The notes under the pieces were generated by a model. It was not told where the DNA came from, did no database searches, and was given only the letters and a program-made list of their open reading frames with translations. Positions 47,848-57,742 of a stretch of DNA of 64,000 nt are shown here, in pieces. Each line of letters starts with the position of its first letter. The stretch's first letter is position 1. The stretch lies in the IMG/VR virus record IMGVR_UViG_3300042359_000853, positions 163,584 to 227,583 of that record; one strand, written 5' to 3'. The position numbers and the translations under genes were made by a program.

Positions 47848-48274
47848 TTTTGTTACTATCTAAAAGTATTACACCTCTAGATTTTGCACTCTCTATAATA
47901 TGTGGTCTTATTTTTTTCCAACCTTCTTTTGAATAATATCCGGTTACAAGAGTAACCTCATTTTTTTTAGACCAATCTAAAATTTCATCGATAATGCTCC
48001 TTGCTAATCCCCTTGATTCATATCCTAAACGAGTAGAAATAAAAGTTATTTTCCAGGGATTTGGATGTCTAAAAGAAGATGTTTTTTGTGAAAAATCATA
48101 ATCTTTGGATAGATGAGCTACACAAACTGGATTTGAATCCTTTTCAATTACAAAAAAAATTACCGAATTCTCTGGATATAAAAACTTATCAAGTGAAGTA
48201 AAAAATTTGAATTGACCAGAAAAGCAATCCATTTTCCAGAAATAATTTGATGCTTCCGAAGAGTTCAGTTTCAT
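47840..48274 (-). CDS. GNAT-family acetyltransferase
   Basis: ITFISTRLGYESRGLARSII acetyl-CoA-binding motif; ~145 aa. Confidence 0.7.
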   Translation of the reverse strand: MKLNSSEASNYFWKMDCFSGQFKFFTSLDKFLYPENSVIFFVIEKDSNPVCVAHLSKDYDFSQKTSSFRHPNPWKITFISTRLGYESRGLARSIIDEILDWSKKNEVTLVTGYYSKEGWKKIRPHIIESAKSRGVILLDSNKII

Positions 48275-48882
48275 TCCTTATTCTTGAGATATTTATCAAT
48301 CATATCGTTTAGTGAGCGATTATCCATAAGTCCAGTAGTTGAACCGCCTTGGTCATCTCCATCGGAAATTAGTTCTTCTCCTGTTGAAATTTCATTCAAT
48401 CCAAAATCTTTACGCATATCTTTGTAAAATTTCTCAAGTTCAGTTCTTTGCGATTGAGAGAATTTAGTATTTTCCCTAATTTGTGAAATAGATTGATTGA
48501 TAACTTCATGCATTCTAGCTGAATTATCACCGTTATCTACTTGTTTAAGTTGAGTTAGAAAATTACGCCTTGCCATTCTCTGTAAAAAAAGAGCCTCTGC
48601 GTAAATATTGGCATCTTCCTTTAGTTTATTGATAACATAGGGATGCTTTCTAATTGAAGGATTATCACCCAGGTAAAGATCCACCAAACTCTCTAGTATT
48701 TCAATAGATTGTTCACTTGTTTCATCAATATCTTTGTCATAATCATAGATCTGAATGGTTCCAAGATCGGGTAAATCATCTCTGGTTGCTAGATATTTAC
48801 CTATTTCAATCTCTTTACTCTCGTTTTGTAATCTTGCGTATTCCTCTTGAAGTTGAGACATTTTTTGCTCTTTTTTATCCAT
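48271..48882 (-). CDS. Putative terminase small subunit (gp16-like)
   Basis: GDNSARMHEV resembles the gp16 G..(P/A)R(M/A)YEV motif; helical; divergent from TerL. Confidence 0.45.
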   Translation of the reverse strand: MDKKEQKMSQLQEEYARLQNESKEIEIGKYLATRDDLPDLGTIQIYDYDKDIDETSEQSIEILESLVDLYLGDNPSIRKHPYVINKLKEDANIYAEALFLQRMARRNFLTQLKQVDNGDNSARMHEVINQSISQIRENTKFSQSQRTELEKFYKDMRKDFGLNEISTGEELISDGDDQGGSTTGLMDNRSLNDMIDKYLKNKE

Positions 48883-48935
48883 TTACTTAAAAAACCGTTT
48901 TTTTTATATATATTATTAAAAACATACTGGTTCAT

Positions 48936-51080
48936 ATGGCAGTAGCAAAAAAAGAAGAAGTTGTTAAGCAGATAGTATTCACAACCAAAATGGTTGAGAA
49001 TGTTACCAAAAATATAAACGACGGTGTAGTCGTAAAAAGATTTCAAAACCCTTGGTTTCAAAACGAAATCGGTGTAAGAAGAAGTGGAGTTGTATTCAAT
49101 AGAACAGAAGAAGAACTTCAAGAATACATTAAATGTAAACTTGATATTAAATATTTTGCACAAAAATATTGTAAAATAAAAACAGAAGATGGAACGATAA
49201 CACATATCGAGCTTCGTGATTACCAAAAAGAAATCTTAGATCTATTCTCAAAAAATAGATTTTCTATACTTTGTTCGAGTAGACAAATAGGAAAAACCGT
49301 AAACACCGCGATCACGATATTACATTTTCTACTTTTCAACAACGATAAAAACGCGATGATCGTAGCAAACGTAGCTGCTACAACAATTGAAATCGTAGAT
49401 AAGATTAAGGCTATTTATGTTCTTCTACCTTTCTTTCTGAAGGCTGGTATAAAAAACTGGAATCAACGAAGTATTGTATTTGATAATGGTTGTAGAATAA
49501 AAACTGCGGCTAGGTCTAAAACACCAGCTATTGGTTTTACGATTGACCTACTTTATATGGACGAATTTGCGCATATTCCCTCGAATATCATCGAACCCTA
49601 CTACACGGCTGCCTATCCAACGGTATCTGCTATACAGAACTCAAAAATTATTATTACTTCAACCCCGAACGGTATGAACCTGTTCTATAAACTTTTAACA
49701 GCTGCTGAAAGACCTGAGGGAGATCCACTCAAGAACAACTACAAAGCTATGAGAGTTTATTGGTATCAAGTTCCTGGTAGGTTCGTGACTTACTACCGAT
49801 TGAATCCATTTAAAATGAGAGATTTTGATCTTACCAAAGAAATGGTCTTCAATATAGCTCGTGAAGAGTTTGAAGATTCTACAAAAGTTCTACTTAAATA
49901 CAATCCAGATTTCGAGAAAGATGTTGTTCATGTTTATAACAACGATATTATTACGGAGGATGTATCTAAAGGATTTAGATTCTTAACACCATCGGGTAAA
50001 GAAATACACATTTCACAGATAGCTGAAGTTTCAACTTGGAAAGAAGAAGCTATCAAAGATATTGGTGGAGAAGATGCATTTAATCAAGAGTTTGGATTGA
50101 GATTTATTAACTCTTCAAGATCCCTACTTTCAGAGAGTGTAATAGAGGGTCTTATAAAGGCTAAGAAAAACTATCAGTGGCAAGAGATTGATAAGATGGA
50201 GACTTTGCTTAATTTTTCCTATCAAGATCTTAAATGGATCGATGATCCTGATATTTTTTCTCAAGAAAGAAGAAAGTTAGTTAAAGGTGTAATATCAATC
50301 GATATATCTGAAGGTTTAGGTCAAGATTATTCTGTTATGAATATATTTAAGATCTCACCGAAATCACTAGACACGGTAGAAGCTTTCAGCGTTGATTATA
50401 AAAATTTATCTGATTTCTTTTGTCTAGAACAAATAGGTTTATTTAGAAGTAATGTTATTTCAGTAAAGCAACTAGCTGAACTTTTCTATGTTTTAGCTTT
50501 TGAGTTTTTTGATCCCGATAACTTTAAGGTTGTTCTAGAAATTAATACCTACGGAAATGAGTTTTTAGCTCATCTACCACATGTGTTTGATGGTAACAAC
50601 AATTACGGTAGTAATATTTTCTTTAGATATAAGCATAAATCCGACGCTATAGAAGAAAAAGTCGGTCTTAAACTAGGTGAAAACAAAAATCTTTTAGTGA
50701 AAGATTATCAAGATAACATGAATAAGAAAAATATTATCATCAATAACGAAGATAATATTAGAGAAATAACTACTTTTGTTAAGCACACAACAGCTCACGG
50801 CAACACTCGTTACGCCGCAGATATTGGAAATGATGATATAGTTATGACCGTAGTAAACTCATCGTCGGTTTTCCAAAAACATCCGTTCAGAGAAATTGTT
50901 GAAGATGCTGCTCCTGTCATAGCTGGAACCGAGTTATACAAACATTTTCAGGCAATATTAGGAAATCAAGTTGATGAAAACTCAATCAACTACTCGTCGA
51001 TTATTAGAGAGCAGAAGTTCAGAAAGGATAGACTAAAGAAGATGTCAAGTTACGAAAAAAGTCCTTGGGCTAGAGATTAA
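48936..51080 (+). CDS. terL: Terminase large subunit (T4 gp17-like)
   Basis: YFAQKYCKI, LRDYQ, SRQIGKT (Walker A), LLYMDEFAH (Walker B), STPNGMN.FY, IDISEGLGQDYS, NDDIVM. Confidence 0.95.
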   Translation: MAVAKKEEVVKQIVFTTKMVENVTKNINDGVVVKRFQNPWFQNEIGVRRSGVVFNRTEEELQEYIKCKLDIKYFAQKYCKIKTEDGTITHIELRDYQKEILDLFSKNRFSILCSSRQIGKTVNTAITILHFLLFNNDKNAMIVANVAATTIEIVDKIKAIYVLLPFFLKAGIKNWNQRSIVFDNGCRIKTAARSKTPAIGFTIDLLYMDEFAHIPSNIIEPYYTAAYPTVSAIQNSKIIITSTPNGMNLFYKLLTAAERPEGDPLKNNYKAMRVYWYQVPGRFVTYYRLNPFKMRDFDLTKEMVFNIAREEFEDSTKVLLKYNPDFEKDVVHVYNNDIITEDVSKGFRFLTPSGKEIHISQIAEVSTWKEEAIKDIGGEDAFNQEFGLRFINSSRSLLSESVIEGLIKAKKNYQWQEIDKMETLLNFSYQDLKWIDDPDIFSQERRKLVKGVISIDISEGLGQDYSVMNIFKISPKSLDTVEAFSVDYKNLSDFFCLEQIGLFRSNVISVKQLAELFYVLAFEFFDPDNFKVVLEINTYGNEFLAHLPHVFDGNNNYGSNIFFRYKHKSDAIEEKVGLKLGENKNLLVKDYQDNMNKKNIIINNEDNIREITTFVKHTTAHGNTRYAADIGNDDIVMTVVNSSSVFQKHPFREIVEDAAPVIAGTELYKHFQAILGNQVDENSINYSSIIREQKFRKDRLKKMSSYEKSPWARD

Positions 51081-51361
51081 ACAGATTCGATTGTTACTGA
51101 GAGACCGTTCAGCTTCAAGGCTTCGTAGGGTTTTTCAACTTCTGATTTCGATCCACGTTTTACATCACAAATGCCACGAAAATGAACAATATGAGCACAT
51201 TGATTAGCTTGATCATAATCATGATCACAAAACTCTATCAAGCAGTTTATAACATGTTGAAAACTATTATGGTCATCGTTATGAAGATAAAGAATATATC
51301 CTGAAGAATAGATCTGATCTAGTTTTTCTTCGGTTTTATCTCTGGTGATTGTTTTAGACAT
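51077..51361 (-). CDS. clpS: ATP-dependent Clp protease adaptor ClpS
   Basis: LYLHNDDHNSFQHVI.CL...C.H...QA.QCA.IVH.RG.C.VK.G......L...GLSVTIE. Confidence 0.9.
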   Translation of the reverse strand: MSKTITRDKTEEKLDQIYSSGYILYLHNDDHNSFQHVINCLIEFCDHDYDQANQCAHIVHFRGICDVKRGSKSEVEKPYEALKLNGLSVTIESV

Positions 51362-51411
51362 AGTGATTAATTTTTTTGTAAAGATAATGGATTTTTTTTA
51401 TATATAAAAAT

Positions 51412-51849
51412 ATGAACGAACAAGATAACTCAAAAAAAGAAGCTCTCTGGAAGATTCATCTTATCTATCTACTTATTATTATTCTTTTAGGTGGATGGAT
51501 AGTTTATACTCAAATCAAATCAGAAGAAACCAATCCAGAAAATAAAAAACTACACGAGGAGATTCAAAAACTCGAAGATCAAAGAGATTCACTTAGAACT
51601 GAAAGAGAAGGATTAAGGTCTAGAATACTAGGTATTGAATCTGATATCGAAAAGAAAGAACTCGAAATCAAAATAGTTAAGCAAAAAGTAGCTTCTCTTG
51701 AGGGAAAATTGACTTCGGCGACAACAGATTTAAAAAACTCCGATAAAAAAGTTTCTCAAGTAAGATCTGAAATTCAAAACCTTGAAAAAAATATACCTCT
51801 TAAAGAAGGAGATGATCTTCTAAACTCATTAAAAGATAAATACAAATGA
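51412..51849 (+). CDS. N-terminal TM + coiled-coil protein (possibly spanin-like)
   Basis: IHLIYLLIIILLGGWIVY TM segment followed by long heptads. Confidence 0.5.
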   Translation: MNEQDNSKKEALWKIHLIYLLIIILLGGWIVYTQIKSEETNPENKKLHEEIQKLEDQRDSLRTEREGLRSRILGIESDIEKKELEIKIVKQKVASLEGKLTSATTDLKNSDKKVSQVRSEIQNLEKNIPLKEGDDLLNSLKDKYK

Positions 51850-52343
51850 AAAAAATATTATTAACCCTACTTACAACTTTTTTATTTTTCTCCCTCTCTG
51901 GCGCACAAACAACTGAAGAGAGTTTTCCACAACTTTACAAGCAAAATGGTAGTGTTGTGGGTATTGTTTTTAGTGTAAAACAAGCTCAACAGATTGATAG
52001 AGATAGAGAACTATTAGAACTACTAAAAACACTGACCTCGGAGCTAGAAACCAACAAAGTAGCTAGTCTAGAAGTTATAAATGTTCAAAAGCAAACAATA
52101 GAAGCAAAAAATGATCAAATAAAAATCCTTGAGGATGAGATACTTGATTATAAACTGGATATCAAAACAAGAGATTCTTTAGAAAATAATCTACAGACTG
52201 ATGTTAAGTATTGTGATGAACAATCAAAGAAAAAAGACCAGATTATATCAAATAAAGATAAAGAAATTACTAAACTAAAAGGTCATAGATTACTTCTTGG
52301 TGGAACTACTTTATTATTTTTAGTTGTATCAATAATTTTCTAA
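51846..52343 (+). CDS. Signal peptide + coiled-coil + C-terminal TM protein
   Basis: Signal ending SGAQ; C-terminal LLLGGTTLLFLVVSIIF; 4-nt overlap with the previous gene. Confidence 0.5.
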   Translation: MKKILLTLLTTFLFFSLSGAQTTEESFPQLYKQNGSVVGIVFSVKQAQQIDRDRELLELLKTLTSELETNKVASLEVINVQKQTIEAKNDQIKILEDEILDYKLDIKTRDSLENNLQTDVKYCDEQSKKKDQIISNKDKEITKLKGHRLLLGGTTLLFLVVSIIF

Positions 52344-52392
52344 AAAAGTGATTTTTAAAAATAATATATAAACAAAAAAAAACGAACAATTT

Positions 52393-53028
52393 ATGAAAAG
52401 TTATGTAGCTAGATTTGATTCTTACCAAAAACAAAAAAGAAGAGAAGATATCATCAAAGAATCGGTTCTTCAAGTAAATGATATTTACAAGGTGAGAACC
52501 ATGGTTGATATTCCACAGAGTCTTATCAACGCTTATGTTAAAAAAGTAAAAGATGTTACTGGTAACAATCTTAGACAATTTTTCGGTGATGTTGATATCG
52601 CTGAAGAAATAATCAAGCATATCAATCTTAATTATTTAGATGCTGATAAAATTCCAGCAAATGCTTTGATGGGTGGTCCATCACAAACACAAACACAGAC
52701 ACAAGGACAAGCTCAAGGACAAGCCCAGACACAAGCACAACCACAAGCCCAGCCACAAGCACAACCACAAGGACAATCCCAGCCACAAGGTCAAGCTCAG
52801 GGACAAGTCGAGCCACAAGGTCAAGCTCAGGGACGACCACAAGCCGAGCCACAAGCTCAACCACAAGCACAACCAGAAGATGAAGGACAATCACAGGGTC
52901 AAGTTCAAGTTCAAACCCAAGTTCAAGGACAAGGCGAGCCTGAAGATGAAGATTTTGAAGATCTAGAAGATGAAGAAACTGGTGAAGATGAAGAAGAGAG
53001 AGAAGAAGATACGGAAGAACTTCCTTAA
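52393..53028 (+). CDS. Hypothetical protein with Gln/Ala/Pro repeat and acidic tail
   Basis: QAQPQ/QGQ repeats (~52681-52935) then EDEDFEDLEDEE. Confidence 0.75.
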   Translation: MKSYVARFDSYQKQKRREDIIKESVLQVNDIYKVRTMVDIPQSLINAYVKKVKDVTGNNLRQFFGDVDIAEEIIKHINLNYLDADKIPANALMGGPSQTQTQTQGQAQGQAQTQAQPQAQPQAQPQGQSQPQGQAQGQVEPQGQAQGRPQAEPQAQPQAQPEDEGQSQGQVQVQTQVQGQGEPEDEDFEDLEDEETGEDEEEREEDTEELP

Positions 53029-53050
53029 CATATAAAAAAAAATAGAAAAT

Positions 53051-53080
53051 GACCTCACTTTTTCAAGTGGGGTTTTTTTC
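53051..53080 (+). terminator. Intrinsic terminator
   Basis: acctcactt-tttc-aagtggggt followed by a T-run. Confidence 0.75.
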
Positions 53081-53108
53081 TGCCTCAAATATTTCAATAT
53101 ATAGAATT

Positions 53109-53720
53109 ATGATGATAAAAACCTTCGAAAAGTTCAGGCACCAGGAGATACTCATTATTGTGGATGTTCAGAAAAGTTTCCGTAAATTTTTTACAGAGAT
53201 GTATCTGAACGAGTTGAAAAAATACTGCAAAGAGTTTGATAAGGTCTATTATATTTTTGATAATCATGTTGATGGTAAAAATGTTGATCAAGATTATCTC
53301 TATGATAGAAATGTTCAGGTCGAAGGTCATCCGGATCTCTATGAGTTTCCTAATATGGAAGATATGATTGAAAAAAGATATAATTATGATGTTGATGTTG
53401 AATTTTTCAAAGATGTTCTCACTCACAAAACTTATCAAGAGATTAAAAAATTAGAATCAAGAAAAAAATTGAAACGTGGAGATTTTTTCAGAACAAAAGA
53501 AAATACGATACTCGTCTATATCGGAAATAATCATCAGTGGTTTCACTGCCCGAAGAAACTCTACGAAGTTTTAGTAGAGAACACAGAAAATACCATTACA
53601 ATTGTGGGTGGTAGTGATAAAGAGTGCCTAGAAGATGTTTTTATCACTGCCTCTGCACTTGGCGTTGAGATGAAAAGAAATTGGAAATATATCTACTCGG
53701 GATCTCATTGTCCTTTATAA
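53109..53720 (+). CDS. Isochorismatase-like cysteine hydrolase
   Basis: LIIVDVQ (Asp), EKRY (Lys), IVGGSDKEC (Cys). Start moved to 53109 because the tracked start runs through the terminator. Confidence 0.65.
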   Translation: MMIKTFEKFRHQEILIIVDVQKSFRKFFTEMYLNELKKYCKEFDKVYYIFDNHVDGKNVDQDYLYDRNVQVEGHPDLYEFPNMEDMIEKRYNYDVDVEFFKDVLTHKTYQEIKKLESRKKLKRGDFFRTKENTILVYIGNNHQWFHCPKKLYEVLVENTENTITIVGGSDKECLEDVFITASALGVEMKRNWKYIYSGSHCPL

Positions 53721-53727
53721 ATAAGTA

Positions 53728-54117
53728 TTGAAGATGAGAAATATACTCGATTTTTACATACTTTATCCGGGTCATCCAAGATACGAAAGTGCTAATTTAA
53801 TTGAAGACGATCTTATACGTATCATTATTCAAAAATATGAGATGATTATTTTTACTATTAAAGGAGATGTTCTTGGTGATCCAAATTTTGGAGCTTCCCT
53901 AGAAAGTCTTCTTCATACCACTCTATTATCAGGAATTGCGGTAGAAGAGAGTATCAAGGCTCAAATAGACACTTATATACCAGAGCTACAGGGAAGAAAA
54001 TACACATTAAGAGTTGAATTTATTCAAGATAATACCGACTTCAGAGAAGTTATGGTAATTTATTTTCAAATCGCTGACTATGATGTCTATTCCATATTCG
54101 GCGAGAGTTCTATGTAA
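53728..54117 (+). CDS. Baseplate wedge protein (gp25-like)
   Basis: IIFTIKGDVLGDPNFGASLESLL...I..QI..YIPE. Confidence 0.75.
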   Translation: MKMRNILDFYILYPGHPRYESANLIEDDLIRIIIQKYEMIIFTIKGDVLGDPNFGASLESLLHTTLLSGIAVEESIKAQIDTYIPELQGRKYTLRVEFIQDNTDFREVMVIYFQIADYDVYSIFGESSM

Positions 54118-55093
54118 GGCTGATTTCTCTCATACGACCTATGAACGCAACTGCTACTACTAGAGGATCAGAGGAAGTTTGTAAAAATCTCTGAGATTCA
54201 CTCAAAATCCAATTGTATTTGAATAATTTTTCAGAATCTACTTTTTTGTTTTCTAGATGCCAAAGTATAAAGCTCTTACCCCATAAATCTAAAAATTCTA
54301 CTACACGATCAGAACCAAATTTATCTGATATAAAAAAATATATCTTTTCATAATCTATATTTTTGTCATAAATAAGAGAATAGCACTCTCTGATCAAATC
54401 ATTTGAAATACTTATACCTGAAAAATTAGATTGACCAGAATTTTTATAATACTCAAGTTCAACTAGTATAGATCTGAAATCTGGGAATTTTTTTTTGATG
54501 AGAGAGACCAAATCTTCTTTGGACATCGACAGATTTTCACTAGGTAAGATTTGATCGTTGATCTTTCTGAACATTTCTATTTTTAGTGCTCTCTCCTCAT
54601 CAATACTTTGACACTCAAGATTAATTTGTATGAAACGACTTCGAATACCTTCAGATATTTTACTAAGATGATTTGTAGATAGTATAAACCGAACATTCTT
54701 GGTAGAGTAATCTTCTATGTATGCTTTAAGAGCGTCTTGATATTGAATTGAAGTTCTATCGAATTCATCTAAAAAAACATACTTAATCAGATTGGTCTCT
54801 GATTGTTCTATATCAAAGTCGAGAAATACTTTAGAGCAGAACTCGTCTATTTTTCCTCTCAAAATATCTATAGAAGTATAGAAAGAAGAGTTTATCTCGA
54901 TGTGTGGTGAATTTTTAGAGTATTTACCAATAAGAATTCTTGCAAGAGAAGTTTTACCTATGCCGTAATGTCCATGTAGAATAACATTTTGGGTGAGGCC
55001 AGATGAAAAATAATCTCTGACTCTTTTTGGTAATAGAAGATCTTCGAACTTTTTAGGTCTCCACTTATCAGAAATAAGAAGTTGTCTGTCCAT
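54110..55093 (-). CDS. Sliding-clamp loader ATPase (gp44/RFC-like)
   Basis: DKWRPKKFEDLLLP, GHYGIGKTS, YVFLDEFD, FILSTN, IRSRF, PDFRS; ATG at 55093 (tracked TTG at 55132 also possible). Confidence 0.9.
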   Translation of the reverse strand: MDRQLLISDKWRPKKFEDLLLPKRVRDYFSSGLTQNVILHGHYGIGKTSLARILIGKYSKNSPHIEINSSFYTSIDILRGKIDEFCSKVFLDFDIEQSETNLIKYVFLDEFDRTSIQYQDALKAYIEDYSTKNVRFILSTNHLSKISEGIRSRFIQINLECQSIDEERALKIEMFRKINDQILPSENLSMSKEDLVSLIKKKFPDFRSILVELEYYKNSGQSNFSGISISNDLIRECYSLIYDKNIDYEKIYFFISDKFGSDRVVEFLDLWGKSFILWHLENKKVDSEKLFKYNWILSESQRFLQTSSDPLVVAVAFIGRMREISLT

Positions 55094-55163
55094 TGGGTTG
55101 ATTATATGTGGAGGATTTCCGATTGTTTTCAAGAAAGATTAAAAAACAAATATATACAAAAAT

Positions 55164-55898
55164 ATGATAGGAAACAAATTTAATTTTGATGATGTCTATT
55201 TCAGGGATTTGACTATTTGTCTTTTAGACTTATTACAAGGTAAGTTGAAATGGATAAATAGGTTTTCTGAAGGAGATAGACAAGTTGAAGTTCCTATGTA
55301 TTATTCTCTAACAGGTGATGAAAGATACCTACTTGATTCTTTTTCCGATGACGTAGTTTCTAACAATCGTCTTGTTGAGATAAATACCGATATTATCCCA
55401 CGAGGTCATATAACACTCAAGTCTTGGAACATCAAATCTGATGATTTCACGAATCCAAACGTTTGGCTTAAAACCATAGTTGAAAATGAAAGTGAAATAA
55501 AAACGATGCTTTCAAAAGTTAGAGCTATACCAATACAAGCTAGTTACGACCTTTCAATAAAAGTTAAAAGTGAAATAGACGTATTCAAATGTTCTCAAGC
55601 AATTATGAACACTCTGTGGTTGTATCGATATATGTATTTTGAGTATAATTATATGAACATCGATGCGGTGGTTATAGTTCCAGATACAGAACAAGTAACC
55701 ATTTCTAGAGAAAAGAATTTAACTTCAGATAATACAATAAAAATTGATGTATCACTTGAGGTTCACTCTTACTACCCAGCTTTTATGGAAAATTTAGAAG
55801 ATTATAACTCTGCAGCTCTTTCACAATGGCGAGGTAATCTATATACAACAAAAAGTAGATCTGGTAAATCAACCAACGATTTGGTCCAAAAAATATAA
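55164..55898 (+). CDS. Tail sheath stabilizer / tail completion protein (gp15-like)
   Basis: YFRDL.I...DL......RF......VPMYY, IPRG, P....YDLSI pattern. Confidence 0.6.
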   Translation: MIGNKFNFDDVYFRDLTICLLDLLQGKLKWINRFSEGDRQVEVPMYYSLTGDERYLLDSFSDDVVSNNRLVEINTDIIPRGHITLKSWNIKSDDFTNPNVWLKTIVENESEIKTMLSKVRAIPIQASYDLSIKVKSEIDVFKCSQAIMNTLWLYRYMYFEYNYMNIDAVVIVPDTEQVTISREKNLTSDNTIKIDVSLEVHSYYPAFMENLEDYNSAALSQWRGNLYTTKSRSGKSTNDLVQKI

Positions 55899-55968
55899 TT
55901 TAAAAAAAGGTAAAAAACACACTTTTTAAATAATATATATAGTTTAAAAAAAATAAACATTTTTTAAT

Positions 55969-57252
55969 ATGAAGAACTTGAAATTAGAATTATTTAACTT
56001 TGTAAGAAGTTTAAATTTAGATCAGGAAGAAATCTCGACCATAGTAAATTCACATATGGGTGCTATAGGTAGAGTATCTGAAAAGCAGGTAATTTCCTCC
56101 TTGAACGAATCATTGAAAATTCATACCTATGATAGATCAGTAAAGAATTTACTCGAATCACTCAATGATGACGTGGCAAATCATAGCCTTATTTATGAAC
56201 TAAAGCACCTCTATAATGTTCTTAATTCTAAGAATCAAGGTGAGCTTTATAGACAACCTATTAATGTTGTTCTTGAAGTTATCAACATGGAGTCTGATCA
56301 AGATAGATTAGGAAAAATTGTAAATGAGCTAGCTATTTATGACTGGGTTCCTGAAATTAAACTATTTGTTCATAATCTTACTAAATCTCCTGAGCAAAGA
56401 TCAAATCTTCTATCAGGGGGTAGTTCAGAAAGTGTCTATACTATAGTTGAGCAAGTAGAAGGTGGTTATTGTGCATTTATCAACGGCAGTTGGTTCCTTC
56501 TAACCGAGAGTGGCGTTGAAAAGACCCTTCTTGAAAACTGGGTTAAAAATGATGAAGATCTTAGAACTCTTAGAAACATCGAAACTGGTCTAAGGTATTC
56601 AATGATTCATGAAGATAGAATTAATTTCAGAATCTCTGAAAACTTAACTATCGGTCTTTCTGTAGCTAACGAAGGACTTATCTATATCAATGATGATAAG
56701 ATGAACAAAGAAACTACACTAGAGACCTTATTTCAATCACCTATTATTCCTATTGCTAACAAAAACTTCTATCCCATTCTATTAGAAACACAGAAGAATA
56801 TCGATAAGTTCGTTGAACTTGATGTAGTTAAAAGAGTAACTAATTTAGTTAATCCATATTTAGAATGCTTTGTATTCAATTACAAAGCAGGCAACTATGT
56901 TTATCGTTGCGATCAAAGATACGGCAATTCATTCTATAAATACGACACGGCACTTGAGCTTGTAAATGAAATCAAAAATGAATTAAATAGCGATCTTACC
57001 TATTTCTTTGAGAATAAGTTAGATAAAGAAATTGTAAAAAATAGAAGATTAGAAGATAAAGAAAGAGAAATAACTCTAAAATTAGAAGACGTAAATATAA
57101 ATCTATCAAAAATCAATAATTCACTAAGAGTTACCGGAGAGTCAAAAATTCTTTTAGAGGCTCGTCAAAATCTTACAAAAAGAAAAGAACATTTAGAAGA
57201 AGAGTTGATGGCAGTCAAAGAAGTAAAGAGTTCAAATAAGTATAAAATGTAA
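55969..57252 (+). CDS. Hypothetical protein with coiled-coil C-terminus
   Basis: 427-aa ORF with its own AATATATA element. Confidence 0.75.
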   Translation: MKNLKLELFNFVRSLNLDQEEISTIVNSHMGAIGRVSEKQVISSLNESLKIHTYDRSVKNLLESLNDDVANHSLIYELKHLYNVLNSKNQGELYRQPINVVLEVINMESDQDRLGKIVNELAIYDWVPEIKLFVHNLTKSPEQRSNLLSGGSSESVYTIVEQVEGGYCAFINGSWFLLTESGVEKTLLENWVKNDEDLRTLRNIETGLRYSMIHEDRINFRISENLTIGLSVANEGLIYINDDKMNKETTLETLFQSPIIPIANKNFYPILLETQKNIDKFVELDVVKRVTNLVNPYLECFVFNYKAGNYVYRCDQRYGNSFYKYDTALELVNEIKNELNSDLTYFFENKLDKEIVKNRRLEDKEREITLKLEDVNINLSKINNSLRVTGESKILLEARQNLTKRKEHLEEELMAVKEVKSSNKYKM

Positions 57253-57273
57253 AAAAAAAGTTCGGGAAGATGT

Positions 57274-57302
57274 AAAAACCTCTATATAACATAGGGGTTT
57301 TT
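57274..57302 (+). terminator. Probable terminator
   Basis: aaaaacctctat-ataac-ataggggttttt. Confidence 0.65.
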
Positions 57303-57362
57303 ACTTTTTAAACAAAAATTGAAAACTTTTAACAAATTATACAATAAAAAAAATTAAAACCT

Positions 57363-57728
57363 GTGTATCTTCATAATAAAGATCTTTACATGGAGATAAT
57401 TGTCTCCAAAGCAACTGGAAAACTCACCAATAAATCTAAACTTATGCTAGAAATTCTAGCAAAAAGAACGATTAAAAAAATGAGATATAGAAGTAACGAT
57501 GATAAACTTGACTGCTATCAGTCGGGAATTCTGGATATGTTCTCTAACTGGTATAATTTCAATGAAGAAAAATCAGATAATGCCTTTGCTTACTTTACCG
57601 AAATATTTAAAAGAGGTATTGCTCGTGGTTACAACGATTTATACAAGAAAAAAGGAGATAATGATCATCAAATAAGACTTATTTCTATAGAATCATCAAA
57701 CGATGGACAAGGATTACATTCTATTTAA
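57363..57728 (+). CDS. Late-transcription sigma factor (T4 gp55-like), short
   Basis: YLHNKDLY and D.....I.DM..NW.NFNEEKS.NAFAYFT.I match the gp55-family YV.NK.L and NFDPEKS.NPFAYFTQI motifs; GTG start. Confidence 0.7.
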   Translation: MYLHNKDLYMEIIVSKATGKLTNKSKLMLEILAKRTIKKMRYRSNDDKLDCYQSGILDMFSNWYNFNEEKSDNAFAYFTEIFKRGIARGYNDLYKKKGDNDHQIRLISIESSNDGQGLHSI

Positions 57729-57742
57729 GAAAAAATATTACT

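Noticed and set aside
49782-50033. Intein in TerL
   Set aside because: No N-terminal Cys/Ser block A and no His-Asn C-terminal motif.
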